Virus record (IMG/VR): IMGVR_UViG_3300022851_000005
Location: 1-58,779 of that record
Direction: 5' to 3' (one strand)
DNA length: 58,779 nucleotides
From: a virus
Lineage: Duplodnaviria; Caudoviricetes
Part shown: one piece after another, positions 46,718 to 56,597 of the stretch
Position numbering within the stretch: the first letter of the stretch is position 1
How the letters are laid out: each line of letters starts with the position of its first letter
Position numbers and translations under genes: made by a program
The notes under the pieces: model-generated
What the model saw: the letters and a program-made list of their open reading frames with translations, nothing else
Databases searched by the model: none
What the model was told of the DNA's origin: nothing

Positions 46718-47176
46718 ATGAAAAAATACTTAGTGATAAGAGATGGTGAGAGTACTAGTTTACACAAAAGAGGTGAAACTTATGAAGCTGAAGTAAAAAC
46801 TATTTCAAATAAGTCCCTAGTACTCTTACCATTAGGATGTAATTATTCAATAGAGTTTAAAGTTAATATTTATGGTAAATATTTAAACCCTTTATGGACA
46901 TTAATAATTGAAGATGGAGAAGATGAAATGAAAAGTAATTCTTGTAGTTTAGGATCAGCTCTAGATATTAAAACAGTTGTTACTGTTGACGGTACGGACA
47001 TTAAGCTCTTAGATGTAAAAGGTGTCCTTAATTGTATTAAAAAGGAGCAGAATAGTATAGTTCAATTACAGGACGTACTAATTACAGTTACTTGCGTAGC
47101 TGTTACTCGTATGATAGAGACTCATAAGGCTAATATTTCATTCTTTGTTTCGGAGCTAGATAGTCGTGAGGAGTAA
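46718..47176 (+). CDS. Hypothetical protein
   Basis: RBS gagg; precedes ATP-grasp gene. Confidence 0.6.
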   Translation: MKKYLVIRDGESTSLHKRGETYEAEVKTISNKSLVLLPLGCNYSIEFKVNIYGKYLNPLWTLIIEDGEDEMKSNSCSLGSALDIKTVVTVDGTDIKLLDVKGVLNCIKKEQNSIVQLQDVLITVTCVAVTRMIETHKANISFFVSELDSREE

Positions 47177-47178
47177 TA

Positions 47179-48015
47179 ATGACCTACTTAAATCCTTATA
47201 TCCTAAGACGTTTAAAACTAGGAAGAACTAGTACACCAGCTATAGCGGCCTTATCTACTACAGGTATTATAAGTCGTAGATATAGTCATCAGATACCCCC
47301 TGAATGTGATCTTGTTATTCGATGGGGCTGTACAGCTAACATTAGACAACAGAATGTAATTAATACTGCTCATGCTATTCATGAAGTTAATGATAAAAGC
47401 TTATTTAGAGTTAAACTAAATGAAGCTGAATTATGTCCTGAGACTTGGAACGCTTCTAATAGACATGGTATCGTATTACCTTGTATTGTAAGACCTCAGC
47501 ACCATAGTAGAGGACTTAGGTTATATTATTGTATGAACCAAGTACAACTACAAACAGCTATTGAGCGTTGCGGTGAAGGTTGGTATGCTTCCGAGTATAT
47601 CCCTAAAGTCGCAGAGTATAGAGTCTTTGTATCTCAAGGTCGATGCATTGCAGTAGCTAAAAAGAATCCAGAGAACTCTGAAGCAATCGCTTGGAACGTA
47701 GCACAAGGAGGAGATTTTGAAAATGTCAGATGGGACGCATGGCCCCTTAAAGCCGTCAAGGTCTCTATTGAAGCATTTAACCTTTCCTCATTGGACTTTG
47801 GTGGAGTCGATATTATGGTGGGTAGTAATGGGAATTGTTATGTACTCGAAATTAACAGCGCCCCTAGTCTAACATCCCCATATAGACAGGAGTGCATGAC
47901 TAAAGCTTTAGACTATATGATTACTAATGGTAAAGAAAGGATACCTTTAATAGAAGAAAGGGGAGGATATCTTAAGTTTATTCACCCTTGTATTAATGAG
48001 AGGGCTAGAGTATGA
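47179..48015 (+). CDS. ATP-grasp (RimK-like) peptide ligase
   Basis: IRWG, NDK, IVRP..HSRG, EYI...EYRVFV, LDFGGVD, VLEINSAPSL. Confidence 0.88.
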   Translation: MTYLNPYILRRLKLGRTSTPAIAALSTTGIISRRYSHQIPPECDLVIRWGCTANIRQQNVINTAHAIHEVNDKSLFRVKLNEAELCPETWNASNRHGIVLPCIVRPQHHSRGLRLYYCMNQVQLQTAIERCGEGWYASEYIPKVAEYRVFVSQGRCIAVAKKNPENSEAIAWNVAQGGDFENVRWDAWPLKAVKVSIEAFNLSSLDFGGVDIMVGSNGNCYVLEINSAPSLTSPYRQECMTKALDYMITNGKERIPLIEERGGYLKFIHPCINERARV

Positions 48016-48230
48016 AAATTATAAAGGAACCCAATAAACCTATAGCTCGCTATCAAAACTTTATAACAGGAGATCATATTACTTTGTATAATAGTAGAAA
48101 TGTTTATAATATAATTATAGGACAAGAAGAAGGAATAGTACAATCAACGTTGGAATGTTTTAATATTATAAGTGCTTTAGAGATTTTTAGTAATCAAGTA
48201 AACAAACTAATAGGACTAAAACATGCATAA
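48012..48230 (+). CDS. Hypothetical protein
   Basis: ATGA coupling within the cluster. Confidence 0.55.
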   Translation: MKIIKEPNKPIARYQNFITGDHITLYNSRNVYNIIIGQEEGIVQSTLECFNIISALEIFSNQVNKLIGLKHA

Positions 48231-48576
48231 ATTAGCAGTGTATGGTACATTAAGGTCTAAAGATTCTTGGTCGGGCGTTTTAAGTACTCAAATATATTTA
48301 GGAAAAGGACTTCTCCCTAACAATATAGCTATTCATGATTTAGGAGGTTATCCTGCTGTACGTATTATTAAAGGAGTAGTAGATAAGCCTACAATCTGCG
48401 AAGTCTATGAAATAGATGATGTAGCTCTTGCTCGATGCGATCAAATAGAAGGCCACCCTAATTTTTATGAAAGACGTTTAGTAGATATTGATGGTTATGG
48501 TGATTGTCTTGTATATTTTTTAGATGATTGTGAGTCTTATCCTCGTATTATTTCAGGAGATTGGTTTGATAAATAA
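48223..48576 (+). CDS. Gamma-glutamylcyclotransferase (AIG2-like)
   Basis: VYGTLR, LGGYPA, EVY, D.IEGHP.FYER. Confidence 0.88.
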   Translation: MHKLAVYGTLRSKDSWSGVLSTQIYLGKGLLPNNIAIHDLGGYPAVRIIKGVVDKPTICEVYEIDDVALARCDQIEGHPNFYERRLVDIDGYGDCLVYFLDDCESYPRIISGDWFDK

Positions 48577-49459
48577 TAAATTATATAACCTTAATTACTA
48601 TTTAGAAATAGGTAATAATAACTTTAGACATAAAACTAGAAAGGATTCTAATTGTATCTGGATAGCTGCGAGATTTGGTTTACCATTTAATGATTATGGT
48701 AGTGATTGTTATAATCAAATATACTATACAGGATGTCATGGTTTCGTTATTGGTGAGGGTATTGAAGACAAAGATGCTGTAATATCTAGTCTTTATAACT
48801 CTTATAATCAGCCTAAATTAACTACTGAAGATTTAGATCAGTATTATTCAGAGGTTATGCCATATTTTAATGCTTATTTGCTTAAGGATTTTGAATTAGG
48901 TGATAAAGTTATAGCGGTTAATCCTAATTGTGCTGGTAATATGGCTATGATGGCTCTTATTATATCTAGGCAGCCTTGGGAATGTCTAAATTTCTTATCA
49001 GTATATATAAAAGCTCGTAAAGAAGGCTATAATCCTCTTATGGCGGTCTATTTGGGTCAGTATACCAAGTACCATCCTATAATGAGAGGTGATTTAAGTA
49101 GCGATCATGATGTATTTAATAACTATATAGATTTAAATAGACTTTATAAGTTTATTGTAACAGGAAAACCTCATATAAAAAACCTTAAAAGTTTTAATCA
49201 AAAGAGCAAAGAGGGTGTATTCAGTGCTTTTAAAGCTAGAGTGTCAGCGCCTTCTTATCATTTGAATACTTTAGGTTTTAGGGATAAATATAAAATTATA
49301 AAGACCTCTTCCTTTAATAATACACATTTTATGAGCGAAGCTGGAGTAGATCCAGAGTTACAATTTAATCATCTTAATGAGGAGGCAGAAAGAGTTATGA
49401 CTAATTTGAATGATAAAGTATATGAGACCTTAAGAGGTAAACCTAAATGTGCGGTATAG
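48566..49459 (+). CDS. Hypothetical protein of the amidoligase cluster (TTG 48566 likely; track start 48524)
   Basis: RBS aggag 6 nt before TTG. Confidence 0.6.
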   Translation: MINNKLYNLNYYLEIGNNNFRHKTRKDSNCIWIAARFGLPFNDYGSDCYNQIYYTGCHGFVIGEGIEDKDAVISSLYNSYNQPKLTTEDLDQYYSEVMPYFNAYLLKDFELGDKVIAVNPNCAGNMAMMALIISRQPWECLNFLSVYIKARKEGYNPLMAVYLGQYTKYHPIMRGDLSSDHDVFNNYIDLNRLYKFIVTGKPHIKNLKSFNQKSKEGVFSAFKARVSAPSYHLNTLGFRDKYKIIKTSSFNNTHFMSEAGVDPELQFNHLNEEAERVMTNLNDKVYETLRGKPKCAV

Positions 49460-50814
49460 TAGGAGTAGCAGGATATATATCCTCTGATATTGAAAGACTT
49501 TTTACTTCTTTATTACTTATTGATGTACTCCGAGGAAAGGACAGTACCGGGGTTATTAAAGTAAATAATGATAGCCAAGCTACTACTTATCTTAAAATGG
49601 CAGAACCTTCTCCTTATTTTATAGATACTAAGGAATATCAAAGCTTTATGAATACTTTTCATTCAGTATTAGTAGGACATAATAGAGCAGCAACCTTTGG
49701 TAAAGTTACTCATGAGAATGCCCATCCTTTTATGCATAGTAATATAGTAGGGGTACATAATGGGACGTTATCTGATGTAAGTTTACTTCCTAAGCATAAA
49801 GATTTTGACGTAGATAGTGATAACTTAATATATAGTATTGCTACCGATGGTATTAAAGCTACCTATGAAAAGTTAGATGGTGCTGCGGCTTTAGTATGGT
49901 ATGATATAAGTAATTCTACACTATACTTTTTACGGAATTCTGAGAGACCTCTTCATTATGGTTATTTAGAACGTTACAACACTCTCGTATGGTCTAGTGA
50001 TCCTAATATGCTAAGATATGCTATTAAGAACACAAGAAATTGTAATCTTAAAGATGATAAAGTTTATATGTTTAAAGAAGATACTCTTCATAGCTTTGTA
50101 ATACCTAAAAATACAAAGCATGGACAAGAGATGAAACCTAAACTTAGACCTTTAGAACCTTATATAGACCCTTTCCCTACCACAACATATTATGGAAGGT
50201 ATAGTAATTATAAGCCTAATAATAGTAACATTACAAATGTTAATGTTAAAAGATTACCTAGTCCTACTAATCAAAGTAAATCTGTTAATATATACAGTAA
50301 AGGGCCTTTAAAGATTAGGGATACAATATACGCAATATTAGATTCTTATGAAGATAAAGGAGGTAGATTAGTAGGTTATTCTCATCAAGCCCAAAAGAAA
50401 GTATTAATCTATGTTAATGGACAGAAAGATTTACTAGAGATATGCAAAGGGTTTAAGGATAAAACTCTAGATACTGTAACAATAAGAGGTGTAGTTAACT
50501 GGTTCGGAGCAGTACAAGGTATAGCAGGTGATCCTGTTTTAGACCCTTCAAGTATAAACATACTTTCTAAGGTACTTCCAGAAAAAAAGTTTAAATCTTC
50601 AGCAAAGAAACCTACAGGGGAAGTCGTTAAAATCGGGACTAGCTACCTTGCTGAAGAAGATTGGAATAGGCTAGTATCTCAGGGTTGTAAAGAATGTGGT
50701 GATAAACCCTTATCTCTAAACGCTGACGAGCTTTATTGGGAACCTGATGGTAGTTTCCTATGTTCAGACAACTGTATTATGACCCAAAAAGAGGAGTATA
50801 AATTATGGTTTTAA
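49447..50814 (+). CDS. Class II (Ntn) glutamine amidotransferase with C-terminal Zn finger
   Basis: MCGIVG, RG.DSTG, GHNRAAT, NAHPF, HNGTL, VDSD, RNSERPL; CKECG..CSDNC. Confidence 0.92.
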   Translation: MCGIVGVAGYISSDIERLFTSLLLIDVLRGKDSTGVIKVNNDSQATTYLKMAEPSPYFIDTKEYQSFMNTFHSVLVGHNRAATFGKVTHENAHPFMHSNIVGVHNGTLSDVSLLPKHKDFDVDSDNLIYSIATDGIKATYEKLDGAAALVWYDISNSTLYFLRNSERPLHYGYLERYNTLVWSSDPNMLRYAIKNTRNCNLKDDKVYMFKEDTLHSFVIPKNTKHGQEMKPKLRPLEPYIDPFPTTTYYGRYSNYKPNNSNITNVNVKRLPSPTNQSKSVNIYSKGPLKIRDTIYAILDSYEDKGGRLVGYSHQAQKKVLIYVNGQKDLLEICKGFKDKTLDTVTIRGVVNWFGAVQGIAGDPVLDPSSINILSKVLPEKKFKSSAKKPTGEVVKIGTSYLAEEDWNRLVSQGCKECGDKPLSLNADELYWEPDGSFLCSDNCIMTQKEEYKLWF

Positions 50815-51590
50815 AAGTAGGAGCAGATCCAGAGCTGTTCATTAAAGATAGATCAGGTATTCTTGTTTCCGGATTTTCAATGATTAGGGGGACTAAGGTA
50901 CATCCCTTTCCTGTTAATAAAGGAGCAGTACAGGTCGATGGTATAGCCTTAGAATACAATATTGATCCTGCTACGACTGTCGAAGACTTTGTAAACAATA
51001 ACTGTACAGTAATGAGATCATTAATAAAAATGATACCTCCTAACTTAGAGTTTAATATAATCCCTTGTGTGGATATTACTCCTGACTTTTATAAGTCACA
51101 ACCAGATGAAGCTATGATGTTAGGGTGTGAACCTTCTTATAATGCTTACAGCGAAGACGTAGAAAAAGTAAGTCCTCTATCTCATATTAGAACGGCAGCA
51201 GGGCATCTACATTTAGGATGGACAGACGATACTGAAGCTAATAATGCTCAACATTTCTTCGATTGTTGTGCTCTTGTTAAAGAGTTGGATGTATTTTATA
51301 ATGTTTTAACATTACACTACTCTGATATAGAATTAGAAATGAAGCGTAAAATGCTATATGGTGCTGCGGGTTCATTTAGACCTAAATCTTACGGTGTAGA
51401 GTATAGGGCTTTATCTAATTTTTGGATTAAAGATGAAGAGCTTATGAAAAAAGTGTTTGAAATAGCTCAGACAGTTTTTAATAGGATGCTTACAGGTGAA
51501 AAACTATTATCTGATATATATACAGGTAGAGAATTAGACCGTGTAACTAAAGAACAGATAGAAGAGGTAAGTAGCCTTGTTTCAATTTAA
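50805..51590 (+). CDS. phiEco32-like COOH-NH2 ligase type 2
   Basis: GADPELF, GTK, QVDG..LEYNI.P, GCEP, AGHLHLG, YG.AG.FRPK.YGVEYR.LSNFW. Confidence 0.9.
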   Translation: MVLKVGADPELFIKDRSGILVSGFSMIRGTKVHPFPVNKGAVQVDGIALEYNIDPATTVEDFVNNNCTVMRSLIKMIPPNLEFNIIPCVDITPDFYKSQPDEAMMLGCEPSYNAYSEDVEKVSPLSHIRTAAGHLHLGWTDDTEANNAQHFFDCCALVKELDVFYNVLTLHYSDIELEMKRKMLYGAAGSFRPKSYGVEYRALSNFWIKDEELMKKVFEIAQTVFNRMLTGEKLLSDIYTGRELDRVTKEQIEEVSSLVSI

Positions 51591-52185
51591 TAAAATGGCT
51601 AATGAAGATATAAATAGTAGATATAATAATGCTATAATTTTAGTTAACGGTAGATTATTTATTTGTTATGATTCAGATAAGCATAACTTAGAAGGTAGAT
51701 ACTTAAATGAAGAAAATACTTCTGTGATATCTACAAAACATAACGATATAAATACACAAAGCCCTAAACTAGGTTATTTAAATTATGGTAATCATACTAC
51801 ATATGTATCAAGAATACCTGTAAGATTTTATAGGCATGGTCTTAATGTCCGTAATTTAGTAAGTTTTTCACCTACTGACGGAAGACGTAGAGATACGTTT
51901 AGTTTTTTAGAACATAATACAATCTTCTCTGAAGGTCTACAAAATACTATACATAATAAATACCCTACTTTTAAGCAGTGTATAGTTAAAGTAGGTACAT
52001 TAAAGTCGAGAATAAGGTCTAATGCTTTCGATAGAGAGAGCGCTTTAGTATCTGTAAATGGTGTAATAAATGTATATTTTGGTACTACTAAAGTAGGGAA
52101 AGTAGTAGAGGATATGGTTATTTTAGATGATGAGCATATGTATCTTAAAGAATATTTTGGAGAATTAGATGTCCCTATACACTAG
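51577..52185 (+). CDS. Hypothetical protein of the amidoligase cluster
   Basis: LGYLN....Y.SRIP.R.Y.HGL motif; coupled to both ligases. Confidence 0.65.
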   Translation: MFQFNKMANEDINSRYNNAIILVNGRLFICYDSDKHNLEGRYLNEENTSVISTKHNDINTQSPKLGYLNYGNHTTYVSRIPVRFYRHGLNVRNLVSFSPTDGRRRDTFSFLEHNTIFSEGLQNTIHNKYPTFKQCIVKVGTLKSRIRSNAFDRESALVSVNGVINVYFGTTKVGKVVEDMVILDDEHMYLKEYFGELDVPIH

Positions 52186-53605
52186 TGTATATGATAAAAA
52201 ATTAACAGACGAGTTAGGGCTAGTTAGTCCTGAAGGTGATGTAGGACTAGAAATTGAAGCTGAGGTAATAGAATATATTTCAGACTCTAAAGAACTATCT
52301 TTTTGGAGAAAAGAACAAGATGGATCGTTAAGAGGCCCTAATTATGAATTAGTTTTAAAGAGACCTATACCCCATACTTTAGTACCTAAAGCTCTCCAAC
52401 AGGCTTATGAGTTTTTAAATAAAGGACGCTATCCAGACAGCGATAACTGTGGGGTACATGTACATCTTAATATGACACAGTGTACTATAAGAGAACTTGT
52501 CAATCTCATTGCTGTATACTTTATTTTAGAGCCTTTGTTAATATCTATTTGTTCCCCTACTCGTAAGGGTAATTATTTTTGCCTGTCTGCTTTAGAATCT
52601 CATACTCAATTTGAGACCTTAGAAAAGATATCTAATATAAATTTCTCAATGCTCCGTGATTCTATGAAATATGCAGGTATTAATTTAGGAGCTTTAACAA
52701 GTTATGGCTCCTTAGAATTTAGACACCTTCAGTTCCCTGTAACTGAAGAATTTTTAAATAAATGGGTTGACATTTTATGTGAAATAAAGCATAATATACT
52801 AGAGTTAAGTAAAAGTAAGGACTCAGATATAGTATGTAGACGTATATCTGAAATGGGTATAGTAGACTTTGTAAAAGATTATGCCCCTAGCCTTGCTGAA
52901 CTTTTAGACTTTGAAGATAAAGATTTACTTAATGAATGTAGAATATCTATGAGAAAAGCCCAAGTACCTCTATTTACTATGGCGAGAAATATAGTAAAAG
53001 GAAGTAAGTTTAGGGCTTATAGTGAAGATATTAAAGCTAGTGAAGATACTCTGCCCACATATACTACTCTGCCCACATATACTATACCTGAAAGTTCACC
53101 TACATTTGTACCTGAGGGTAGTTTTGATTTTAGTACACATGTATATACCTCTATATCCTGCATAGATATAAACTTCACAAAGGCTAATGGAGAGAATGTA
53201 AATATTAAGCGTTTAGATAACTTTATGGAGTTATATATTCATACAGACTACGAATTAGGGATAGCTCTTCAAGGTAGAAGATGCTTACTTAACAGAAGTA
53301 AGGTGGAAATATTACATGATAAACTACCTAGAGATTTGATTAATAGTAATAATAATAGAATACTTAGATATCTAGATTCTTTTATAGAAAGAAGAAGATA
53401 TGCTGACTACTTAGAGGCTTATATTGAGTATGTAGTTCCTTTAGGTTTAGAGCTAAATAGAAATAGAGATAATATAGAGAATAGCCCTGTAGGTAGATCT
53501 ATGGGTTCAGGATCAGATTTATCAGAAGCTTTACAACGATATACTACAAGAAACTCTGATGCAGATACTCCTGAGCCTAATCCGCGTTTCATTAATCCTA
53601 CCTAG
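52169..53605 (+). CDS. Putative amidoligase (glutamine synthetase/GCS-like fold) with C-terminal extension
   Basis: GLEIE, DGSLR, ELV, CGVHVHLN, KYAGIN, YGSLEFRH. Confidence 0.88.
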   Translation: MSLYTSVYDKKLTDELGLVSPEGDVGLEIEAEVIEYISDSKELSFWRKEQDGSLRGPNYELVLKRPIPHTLVPKALQQAYEFLNKGRYPDSDNCGVHVHLNMTQCTIRELVNLIAVYFILEPLLISICSPTRKGNYFCLSALESHTQFETLEKISNINFSMLRDSMKYAGINLGALTSYGSLEFRHLQFPVTEEFLNKWVDILCEIKHNILELSKSKDSDIVCRRISEMGIVDFVKDYAPSLAELLDFEDKDLLNECRISMRKAQVPLFTMARNIVKGSKFRAYSEDIKASEDTLPTYTTLPTYTIPESSPTFVPEGSFDFSTHVYTSISCIDINFTKANGENVNIKRLDNFMELYIHTDYELGIALQGRRCLLNRSKVEILHDKLPRDLINSNNNRILRYLDSFIERRRYADYLEAYIEYVVPLGLELNRNRDNIENSPVGRSMGSGSDLSEALQRYTTRNSDADTPEPNPRFINPT

Positions 53606-53637
53606 TTTTAATAATAATAAAAAGAAGATAAAACTTT

Positions 53638-53913
53638 ATGATGATAATAAAATGTTCAATCTGCCCAGCAGAAGACAACATGAGAGAATTAACACGACCT
53701 TGGTTTGAAGATGGTAATACTGATTTATGTCCTGATTGCTATGAAAGCTTTGCAGATGATAATGACTTACTAGTTAGTGAGTATAAAGAACGTAAGGAGA
53801 TAATATTCGATAGACTTAGAGAGAAAACGAAAATAAAAGATAGTATAAAAGTAGATAATGTACTGAAATTAGTTAGTAAAGAAAACACTGAGGATTTATT
53901 GGATGAAAGTTAA
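53638..53913 (+). CDS. Zn-finger hypothetical protein
   Basis: CSIC...CPDC. Confidence 0.6.
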   Translation: MMIIKCSICPAEDNMRELTRPWFEDGNTDLCPDCYESFADDNDLLVSEYKERKEIIFDRLREKTKIKDSIKVDNVLKLVSKENTEDLLDES

Positions 53914-54544
53914 ATTAATTTCTCATACTATTCCAGTAGATAATAGTATACCTAAAAATCTATTAGAACTTGTAGCCTATATAGCTAGAGTAAGTAACCC
54001 TAGTTCTCAAATCGAAAATATGAATAGTGGTAAACTTCTAGACTATTTAGAACGTAATAATCACTGGTCTCCATTTGAAATGGTTAATATATGTATTGAG
54101 ATAGAGACTACTCGTGATATAGCTAGGCAAATATTAAGGCATAGATCGTTCTCTTTTCAAGAGTTTAGTCAACGCTACGCAGACCCGAGCGAAGAGGGAT
54201 TGACATTCTCGCTGAGACCTGCCAGAATGCAAGACAGCTCGAACAGGCAGAACTCTACTGAATGTAATGATAAAGACTTAATGGAGTGGTGGGTACAACA
54301 ACAGAAGAAAGTTAAAGATGTAAGTCTTTCAGCTTATACTCAGGCTTTAGAAAAGGGTATAGCTAAAGAGGTAGCTAGAGCATTATTACCTGAAGGTATG
54401 ACAGGTTCTAGACTATACATGAATGGTTCTTTAAGATCTTGGTTGCACTATATAGAGCTTAGAGAAGGTAACGGTACTCAACTTGAACATCAAGAAATTG
54501 CTGTTGAGTGTAGTAAAATTATTCTAAAGCTTATGGAGTCTTAG
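53903..54544 (+). CDS. thyX: FAD-dependent thymidylate synthase
   Basis: ARVS, HWSPFE, RQILRHRSFSFQEFSQRY, EVARALLP, NGSLRSWLHY. Confidence 0.96.
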   Translation: MKVKLISHTIPVDNSIPKNLLELVAYIARVSNPSSQIENMNSGKLLDYLERNNHWSPFEMVNICIEIETTRDIARQILRHRSFSFQEFSQRYADPSEEGLTFSLRPARMQDSSNRQNSTECNDKDLMEWWVQQQKKVKDVSLSAYTQALEKGIAKEVARALLPEGMTGSRLYMNGSLRSWLHYIELREGNGTQLEHQEIAVECSKIILKLMES

Positions 54545-54605
54545 AGTATTAAAAGTCTTGCCCCAGCAGGCGTATTGTAAGTTAATTTTATTAGGAGAAA
54601 GCGTA

Positions 54606-54842
54606 ATGAACCTCAATACAGTTATTATTAATACATATCGTGAGTCAGCTAGAGCAGGACAAAGAGGATTGAAAAAGCTTCAGCGTAAAGTATATGCTCA
54701 CCGTAATCGAGTAGAGTTTTTAGAGAACTTTATTAAACTACGTCAGATGGATGGAGAACTACAAGCTGTAGAACTTAGAATTAAACAAGAACGTCTTGGT
54801 GCTTGGGTGTCTAGGGATATTACTCATTTTGAAGAGGTATAA
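54606..54842 (+). CDS. Hypothetical protein
   Basis: RBS aggag before ATG 54606 (track start 54558). Confidence 0.6.
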   Translation: MNLNTVIINTYRESARAGQRGLKKLQRKVYAHRNRVEFLENFIKLRQMDGELQAVELRIKQERLGAWVSRDITHFEEV

Positions 54843-54906
54843 AGTTACTACATGTTATAACTACCAAGGAGTAATAAGTATAACTTTATTAAAATAAAAA
54901 TAGGGC

Positions 54907-54935
54907 TTGACATTCCCTGCCAAACATGTCATGAT
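54907..54935 (+). promoter_or_regulatory. sigma70 promoter upstream of SSB
   Basis: TTGACA-17-CATGAT with extended TG; A-tract upstream. Confidence 0.65.
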
Positions 54936-54986
54936 GTGAAACACGAATGACGAAAGATCTTCGTACTAATAAAAATTAAAACAACT

Positions 54987-55430
54987 ATGGAGATATCCAA
55001 ACATATGTTACTATATGGTATAGCTTATTGGGCAGCTATTAAAACACCCAATACTAAATTTCAACCTCAGTATACTATTAACGTAGTACCAGAGGATGAG
55101 CAGGACTTAGAAGAGTTAAAGACTAAAGGTTTTAAAACTAAACCTGTAGGCCCTAATAATGAAGAGTCTGTAGTTATCCGGCGTTACGTTGAGGGTAAGA
55201 AAGGGCTTAATGAAATGCCTAAACTTAGGGATGCACACAATAACCCTATTGATGTTCAAGTAGGTAATGGCTCTAGAGTATGTGTTCAGTATAAAGAGTT
55301 CTCAGGTGTAGGTGCTTTTGGGCCTTATCAAGGACTTGATTTACAGGCAGTTCAGGTTATGGATCTAGTAGAGTACTCTGGAGCAGATGGCTCAGAGTTT
55401 CAAGACTTTGATCCTGATTCAGAACTATAA
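54987..55430 (+). CDS. Single-stranded DNA-binding protein (T7 gp2.5-like); start may be 55005
   Basis: G.AYWA, P.L.D, VGNGS, LQAVQV.DLVEY, acidic tail. Confidence 0.8.
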   Translation: MEISKHMLLYGIAYWAAIKTPNTKFQPQYTINVVPEDEQDLEELKTKGFKTKPVGPNNEESVVIRRYVEGKKGLNEMPKLRDAHNNPIDVQVGNGSRVCVQYKEFSGVGAFGPYQGLDLQAVQVMDLVEYSGADGSEFQDFDPDSEL

Positions 55431-55560
55431 AGTAAACCTCCTTTAGATAAAGGAAATTCAAGCAGGCCCTGAATATTATAAACCTGCACCTTTGTACTCT
55501 GATTAATCGGCAGAGACTATATAGCATACTGGCCCTGCTTAAACCAGTCCATTAAAATAA

Positions 55561-55633
55561 GAGAAGTAGCTTAAGAGTAAAGCGGCGGCTAACCGGCTGT
55601 GCATAGTAGGTGCAAACACTACTCTTCTCACCT
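55561..55633 (+). ncRNA. Degenerate tRNA-like element
   Basis: gagaag/cttctc acceptor, TAGCTT..AAGC D-arm, GTGCAA T-loop with mismatch, no regular 7-nt anticodon loop. Confidence 0.45.
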
Positions 55634-55657
55634 TTAAAATAACTATAGGATTTTAAA

Positions 55658-56065
55658 ATGACACTACGAGTGAATAGTCACGGCGGAGAATGCTGTGGAA
55701 TCCGTCACGTTTATGGTTTTTACGATTACGATTACGATCATTTTAACTTAGATGAAATCTATGATGAACTCTATAATTTAGCTCTAGTACAGACCAGTTC
55801 TAAATATACAAATGACTTCTCAAGTCGTTTAGTAGAGGTAGTACTAACAAATGCACAGCCTCTAGAGTTCCATCAGGCATGCATAGACATAGGGTTCGTA
55901 GTTGTTAATTGGTTTGTTAATCATAATTCAGGTAATACTTGTATGATATACCATATTGCTAGAGATCCTGAAAGCGGTTCCTTACCTATAAGGACTCAAG
56001 CCCAATCTTTAGCATTAGTTAACCGTACATTATTAACTCGTAAAGATATTGATAAGCAACCTTAA
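55658..56065 (+). CDS. Hypothetical protein
   Basis: RBS agga; CCG, GF, NHNSGN motifs. Confidence 0.65.
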   Translation: MTLRVNSHGGECCGIRHVYGFYDYDYDHFNLDEIYDELYNLALVQTSSKYTNDFSSRLVEVVLTNAQPLEFHQACIDIGFVVVNWFVNHNSGNTCMIYHIARDPESGSLPIRTQAQSLALVNRTLLTRKDIDKQP

Positions 56066-56084
56066 TTAACTCAGGTATTTTTAA

Positions 56085-56597
56085 ATGAACAAGTGGATAA
56101 TAAGTGACCTGCATCTAGGACATAAAAGTATCCTAGAATTTGAACCTAATAGACTAGGAGAGAAAGTAGATAGTGTAGAAGAGCATGATGATATCTTAGA
56201 AGTAAGATACAGAGCTACTGTACAACCTAAAGATACATGTTATTTCTTAGGTGACGTAGCCTTCTCAGCTAAAAAGCTAGAGAGTATTAAGAACTGGCCG
56301 GGGCGTAAAGTATTAATACGAGGGAACCACGATGATAAATCAGAGGAACTCTATAGACATATATTTACTAAAATCTATGGAGTCCTTAAAATTGATAGGG
56401 TCTGGTTCAGTCATGCACCTATACATACTCAAGAGCTTAGAGGGTGTCCTAGTGTACATGGTCATGTTCATAGTAATATAATTCTTGATGGGTATCATAG
56501 ACCTGATAAGCGCTATAGAGCAGTATGTGTAGAACAGAATCAAGGATGGCCTGAAAGTTTTGATAGAGTTATTGAGGAGGTAAAATCTAATGGATAA
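56085..56597 (+). CDS. Calcineurin-like metallophosphoesterase (second)
   Basis: SDLHLGH, LGDV, GNHD, SHAP, HGHVH. Confidence 0.9.
   Translation: MNKWIISDLHLGHKSILEFEPNRLGEKVDSVEEHDDILEVRYRATVQPKDTCYFLGDVAFSAKKLESIKNWPGRKVLIRGNHDDKSEELYRHIFTKIYGVLKIDRVWFSHAPIHTQELRGCPSVHGHVHSNIILDGYHRPDKRYRAVCVEQNQGWPESFDRVIEEVKSNG

Noticed and set aside
52767-52795. Internal promoter TTGACA-17-CATAAT within the amidoligase gene
   Set aside because: Plausible, but chance matches are common in AT-rich coding DNA; no supporting context
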